Virus record (IMG/VR): IMGVR_UViG_3300034031_000030
Span: 1-58,438 of that record
DNA length: 58,438 bases
Origin: a virus
Reading direction: 5' to 3' (one strand)
The notes beneath the pieces are model-generated. The model saw nothing but the letters and a program-made list of their open reading frames with translations. It searched no databases and was not told where the DNA came from. Shown one piece after another: positions 54,489 to 58,438 of the stretch (its first letter is position 1; each line of letters begins with the position of its first letter). Made by a program: the position numbers and the translations under genes.

Positions 54489-56969
54489 ATGGCAAAACCC
54501 GTCATTCCCTTCACTCCGCATCTTCGCTTTGACACCACGCTCGATCTTTTCGTGCGCGAGAGCTTCACGCGCTTCGATCGTGTTTACGCGGGTGTGCAGT
54601 GGACTTCATGGCAATCTGACGAGCGAATGTGGTCCGAGGAGTACGGAAAATTCAGAGGACCGATCAGCAGTCGCGCTGTGCCTGACAATCTCACGATAGC
54701 AGGTGCCACGCTCGAAACCGACGCCGCAGGGGACCCTGTGTTGCGCGTCGCCTCGGGCGCAAACATCACAGCCAGTTGCGGCATCATTTACAACAACTAT
54801 CAGATATCGAACACGATTGAATTCCGTCTTTACAATGCCTCGACAGGTGCGCTGGCAGCGACGGGAGCTGCACTGGGAATTCGCGCAGATGGTTCGTATG
54901 CGCTTTGGGCACGCGTTGAGAACATCGCTCAGCGAGCCGTCACTCCAGCCGAATATGAGACGCTCACCGGCGTCGCAGTCGCGCCGCAGTTCTACTACTA
55001 CGAAACCGTGGGCCCCATCGAGCAGCGATTCTTCTGGGACTGGCGACGCAACATCGGACGGCTGCCGACCGATACAACAAATCCGATGTATGTCGAACGC
55101 GAGTTGCTTCTCGCTCGCAATGAGCAGCTCGACGATCCGCACCTTGCCGACTTTCTAGTTTCTGGGGCTGAGCAGAGCGGGGAGTGGAGCGGCATCAAGG
55201 TCGTCATCGGAGCGGGAGACTGGGAATGTGCCGACGGCGTTGCCCCGTCTCCGGGCTGCCCGATGTACAGCAAGGCTCGCGGTGATGCCGAGCTTCTCAT
55301 CACGGCAGTCAATGAACCGGCGGCGCGTGTGGCCTTTGACCCGTTGGCCCGCGCTGTCACCGCTTCGTGTGTGACGCGCAAAATTATTCGCAATCGAGCC
55401 GGCGAAATCGACATTCCTGCCGGTTCGCAAATCATCGCCGGTTTACGAGCGAGTCGCAGCGGCCCGCAGGCAGGCGTCTGGATTCTTCACGAGGATGGAA
55501 CAGCGCGACTCCTGGGAACAAATGAAGCGTTCTCGACCGGCGCGTGCGAATGTGGCAAAGCGGCGCACCACGCCTCGGATGTGGCACAGGGGCCAGATGG
55601 CCGGCTGTATTTGCTCAACGAATGTGGCCTCCACGTTTACGACCCAGACGCATCTTCCATTGGCGAAGCGCTTCCTGGTGAGCCACGCGCGACAAGCGGC
55701 CATCCCGGCGGCCAGTGTCTTCGCTGGGTTGGAAATGACCGGCTGTTTTTCACCGAACTACTTTCCTCAGAAACCGATTCAACCGATCCCTACTATTACA
55801 ATCGCCTGGTGCGCCGCGTTGGTGGGCGTGACATCGTGGGTCCGGGGAGCGTGTGGCATGGCCCCAACTGCGCCGAGGTTTATCAGGGACGTTTGTTCTC
55901 GATCCGTCAAAAGTTGCCCTTTATCAATCCGAAGTCAAAGCAGACGCTCGACTGGTTGCAGAACGGTCGCTGGAGCGGCAACAACCGCCTCGCGCGGCTC
56001 GCTTCGACAACGCGCTGGCAACGACTCAGGAAGCGCGGCAAATATCTTTTCGTGTTCGGCTTCGCGCCGGGCTTAGATGATTCGCCCGATGTGCCGATCT
56101 GCGCCAACAGCGACGGCAAGTTCTTCCGCGACGTGGCGTTTCCATTTTTCGTGCGACGCGCGACAACGTGCGCCCTCGATGATGGGAGTGAGACGTTGCT
56201 CGTCACGGCGCGCAGCCAGTCCGAGGGCATCGGGCGAGCGCTGCGTGTCGTTGAACTCCCGCCGCCGTCCGGCGGAGGTGGGAAAGGCGGCGGCGCGGAA
56301 GTCTGCACCTTTTGGAATGCCGTTGCGCGTGCGTTTCGCATGACACGCGCTTCGTGGGTTGATGCCGGTGGCAACGTCGCAAAGCTCCCGCCGTTTCTCG
56401 CGTGGAAAGCGCGCGCAGGAACCAACGGCGGCGGCGTGTGGCGCGCGGCAACGGTACAGCCGGTTTCGGGCGTGTGGCTCGAATTGCAGACGACAGAAAC
56501 CCTCGTCAGCTATGCGCTGCCTGTTGGCCAGACGCTGCCCTTCGATCCCGAAGTCTGGAATCGCATCTGTTTCACCGTTCATGACGATGGCGGGCCGGGA
56601 GACGGACCGTGGATCATCAAGCCGAAATGCGACCATGCCGGATGCTCGATTATCGTGATGCCTCCGGGCACGGGCTTTCGACACATCCGGCTTGACGTTT
56701 CGGATGACGCGGCACCGCTTTCCTCGTATCTCGTGACCGATAAAAACGCCGACCGGCGATTGCGCGAGTTGCGCGATATTTACCCGATGTTGTGGGCGCG
56801 CCGCGACAGCGCGGCGGCTTTCAATGACCTCACAACCTACACCGAGCTTGTTAGTTTTGGCGAGATGATCGTGCCCGATGGCGACAGCGAAAGTACGGTC
56901 GATGTCGTTGTGCTCGTGCCGCCTGAAGCACAGCCGACTGAACTTCATGCGCTGCAGCGCCGCAGCTAA
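54489..56969 (+). CDS. Large tail / baseplate-like protein
   Basis: 826-aa ORF in the distal tail block. No motif recognised. Confidence 0.6.
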   Translation: MAKPVIPFTPHLRFDTTLDLFVRESFTRFDRVYAGVQWTSWQSDERMWSEEYGKFRGPISSRAVPDNLTIAGATLETDAAGDPVLRVASGANITASCGIIYNNYQISNTIEFRLYNASTGALAATGAALGIRADGSYALWARVENIAQRAVTPAEYETLTGVAVAPQFYYYETVGPIEQRFFWDWRRNIGRLPTDTTNPMYVERELLLARNEQLDDPHLADFLVSGAEQSGEWSGIKVVIGAGDWECADGVAPSPGCPMYSKARGDAELLITAVNEPAARVAFDPLARAVTASCVTRKIIRNRAGEIDIPAGSQIIAGLRASRSGPQAGVWILHEDGTARLLGTNEAFSTGACECGKAAHHASDVAQGPDGRLYLLNECGLHVYDPDASSIGEALPGEPRATSGHPGGQCLRWVGNDRLFFTELLSSETDSTDPYYYNRLVRRVGGRDIVGPGSVWHGPNCAEVYQGRLFSIRQKLPFINPKSKQTLDWLQNGRWSGNNRLARLASTTRWQRLRKRGKYLFVFGFAPGLDDSPDVPICANSDGKFFRDVAFPFFVRRATTCALDDGSETLLVTARSQSEGIGRALRVVELPPPSGGGGKGGGAEVCTFWNAVARAFRMTRASWVDAGGNVAKLPPFLAWKARAGTNGGGVWRAATVQPVSGVWLELQTTETLVSYALPVGQTLPFDPEVWNRICFTVHDDGGPGDGPWIIKPKCDHAGCSIIVMPPGTGFRHIRLDVSDDAAPLSSYLVTDKNADRRLRELRDIYPMLWARRDSAAAFNDLTTYTELVSFGEMIVPDGDSESTVDVVVLVPPEAQPTELHALQRRS

Positions 56970-56996
56970 ATCGATCGGACTTAACGAGGAAAAATA

Positions 56997-58438
56997 GTGG
57001 CTATTATTACAGTTGCAGATTCAGGTACACCGGCGGTCAATACAACATATAACCCTGATGCAGCCGCAATCGCGGCGGCACAGTTAGAGACAGCGCTTTA
57101 CATCGCGGGAAACGGCGCGAACTTTTTCATCCGTGAAAGTGGCCTCGGCGGAAGTTTCGTCTGGGTCATCGCCAGTGGTTCCAACACTTTTAACACGGCG
57201 GAATACCAGCAAAGTTTCGATACAGGTTATGCAAGCATCGCTGCTGCGATCGCCGCTGGCCCTGCGGCTAAATCCTTCGATGGAAGCGGAAATGTGTTTG
57301 CCACCCTGCCATACCCGACGGTCACCAGTGACGCTGCTGCTGCTCCTGGAATCACTTCATTTACTCCGTCGAGTGGTGTTGAGGGTAGTGAAGTTGTTCT
57401 TACGGGTTCTGGTTTCACAGGCGCACTGCAAGTCTGTTTTCGAGGCGTAAATAATCCGGCATCGAGCTTTACGGTCGATTCGAACACTCAGATAACAGCC
57501 GTCGTTCCTCCACTTTTTTACTCGATTCCGACAAACGAGATTTCGGTCCAGTTGGCCGATGCAACATGGGTGGAAAGCGCCGATTCGTTTACAACCGAGC
57601 CGGGTGGGATTTCTGCAATCGCACCGCCGTCTGATATCGAAATCTGTGAGGGAGTTTCTGGAAACCGTTTTACATGGGAGCCTCTTGATCCGCCCGCCCG
57701 CTACGTCGTATTTGGCGGGGAGACCTCTGACGGGCCGTGGTATCCATACAATGATATCAACCCCCTTTTTGAAGATGATATTTTTTCGGTTCCGCATTAT
57801 CCAAACCCGTACTATCGTATCGCCCGCATGGATGATGACGATGTACTCGGCTTAACAAGCGCCGTCATTGCCCGCGCGGGGGCACCGGCCTGTGGTGGAG
57901 GAGATGATGGCGGGGGAGAAGTCGTCTGCCCTCTCGGTTCTCACAATAATGGTGAAGGCGTGTGTATCCCCGACGACAGCCTGGAGCCTTGTGCAGACGG
58001 CTATCACCTGGAAAATGGAGTCTGTGTTCCCGATGAAGGCAGCGCAGTGCCTTCCGCGCCGGGCGAAATGCGTTTTGTCAGTCGCAACGCATCGGGCACG
58101 CAGGCGACAGTGCGGATGCCCGCGCTTCCAACGGGAGCGACCTCGCTCAGAATCAAGGCGAAGTTACACGGTGCAGCAACCTACTCGAACACCAACGTCA
58201 GCGGAATTCTGGGCGGCGTCAATGCGACCGTTACGGGTCTGAGTGTTCCCGCTGATTACGACCTTGTGGCTGTTGCAGTCAACGACGTGGGTGATTCGCT
58301 CGATGGCCCGCCTTTGTGGGTTACGACGCTTGAAACCACGGGAGGTGGGGGCGGCGGTGGAGGCGAGGAAATCACAGCGCCGACCGCTCCCGCCGCGCCG
58401 CTGGTCACAAAGAACTGCGCCGGTTCAACGCTGGTTGT
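56997..58438 (+). CDS. N-terminal part of a ~1128-aa tail fibre / host-recognition protein; continues as 3..2069 across the junction
   Basis: GTG at 56997 follows GAGGA and an in-frame TAA at 56982. The frame is open to the window end and in phase with 3..2069 through the overlap. It contains an IPT/TIG-like segment (ITSFTPSSGVEGSEVVLTGSGFTGALQVCFRG...VDSNTQITAVVPP), a Cys-rich EGF-like stretch (VCPLGSHNNGEGVCIPDDSLEPCADGYHLENGVCVPD), an FN3-like segment and a Gly8 linker. Confidence 0.8.
   Translation, partial: MAIITVADSGTPAVNTTYNPDAAAIAAAQLETALYIAGNGANFFIRESGLGGSFVWVIASGSNTFNTAEYQQSFDTGYASIAAAIAAGPAAKSFDGSGNVFATLPYPTVTSDAAAAPGITSFTPSSGVEGSEVVLTGSGFTGALQVCFRGVNNPASSFTVDSNTQITAVVPPLFYSIPTNEISVQLADATWVESADSFTTEPGGISAIAPPSDIEICEGVSGNRFTWEPLDPPARYVVFGGETSDGPWYPYNDINPLFEDDIFSVPHYPNPYYRIARMDDDDVLGLTSAVIARAGAPACGGGDDGGGEVVCPLGSHNNGEGVCIPDDSLEPCADGYHLENGVCVPDEGSAVPSAPGEMRFVSRNASGTQATVRMPALPTGATSLRIKAKLHGAATYSNTNVSGILGGVNATVTGLSVPADYDLVAVAVNDVGDSLDGPPLWVTTLETTGGGGGGGGEEITAPTAPAAPLVTKNCAGSTLV
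58312..58438. repeat. Second copy of the 127-bp terminal overlap
   Basis: Identical to 1-127. Confidence 0.97.

Noticed and set aside
58339-58364. G-rich tract GGAGGTGGGGGCGGCGGTGGAGGCGAGG (also at 28-53), considered as a phase-variable homopolymer or G-quadruplex.
   Set aside because: It is not a homopolymer (the longest G run is 5). It simply encodes the Gly8 linker between FN3-like domains.

Overview
The first 127 bases are identical to the last 127, so this window is one circularly closed genome of about 58.3 kb. It is a tailed, probably siphovirus-type, temperate phage. It carries partition and recombination genes that suggest a phage-plasmid lifestyle.

Gene order, wrapping through the junction:
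- **Tail fibre / receptor-binding block (56997..58438 joined to 3..6323).** It includes IPT/TIG, FN3 and LamG-lectin proteins.
- **Accessory island (6450-11675).** It holds a tyrosine recombinase, a J-domain protein, a fused XRE-HTH/ImmA metallopeptidase and unknown genes.
- **Minus-strand operon of seven small genes (11712-13457).**
- **Minus-strand maintenance operon (14159-18842).** It runs XRE-HTH, parA, parB, a large rep-like gene and one further unknown gene (14159-14518).
- **Plus-strand early genes (19018-24020).** All are small and none has a recognisable function.
- **Small serine recombinase (24081-24863).**
- **Lysis cassette (25985-27142).** Holin-like protein, NlpC/P60 endolysin and spanin-like protein.
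- **Stand-alone CheY-like receiver (27161-27568).**
- **terS and terL (27549-29958).**
- **A 2236-codon ORF (29976-36686).** Its N-terminus looks like the portal. The rest carries 2H-phosphoesterase, Nudix, kinase-like and ADP-ribosyltransferase signatures.
- **Head and tail morphogenesis.** Prohead protease/scaffold fusion, major capsid protein, connector and tail genes, a tail chaperone with a canonical T_TTT_TTA -1 frameshift, tape measure and distal tail proteins.

The structure least explained by genes is two families of highly conserved palindromes. Class I is GTACGGTCG-loop-CGACCGTAC, with about 20 full copies plus in-frame copies and half-copies inside genes. Class II is ATGTGAACC-W-GGTTCACAT, with 11 copies, mostly punctuating the late operon. 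In addition, a paralogous regulator gene followed by a 39-bp identical TGCCGCGCC iteron block occurs upstream of both the lysis and the head modules.

No rRNA, tRNA or CRISPR array was found. All functional calls come from motif reading by eye; nothing was searched against a database.
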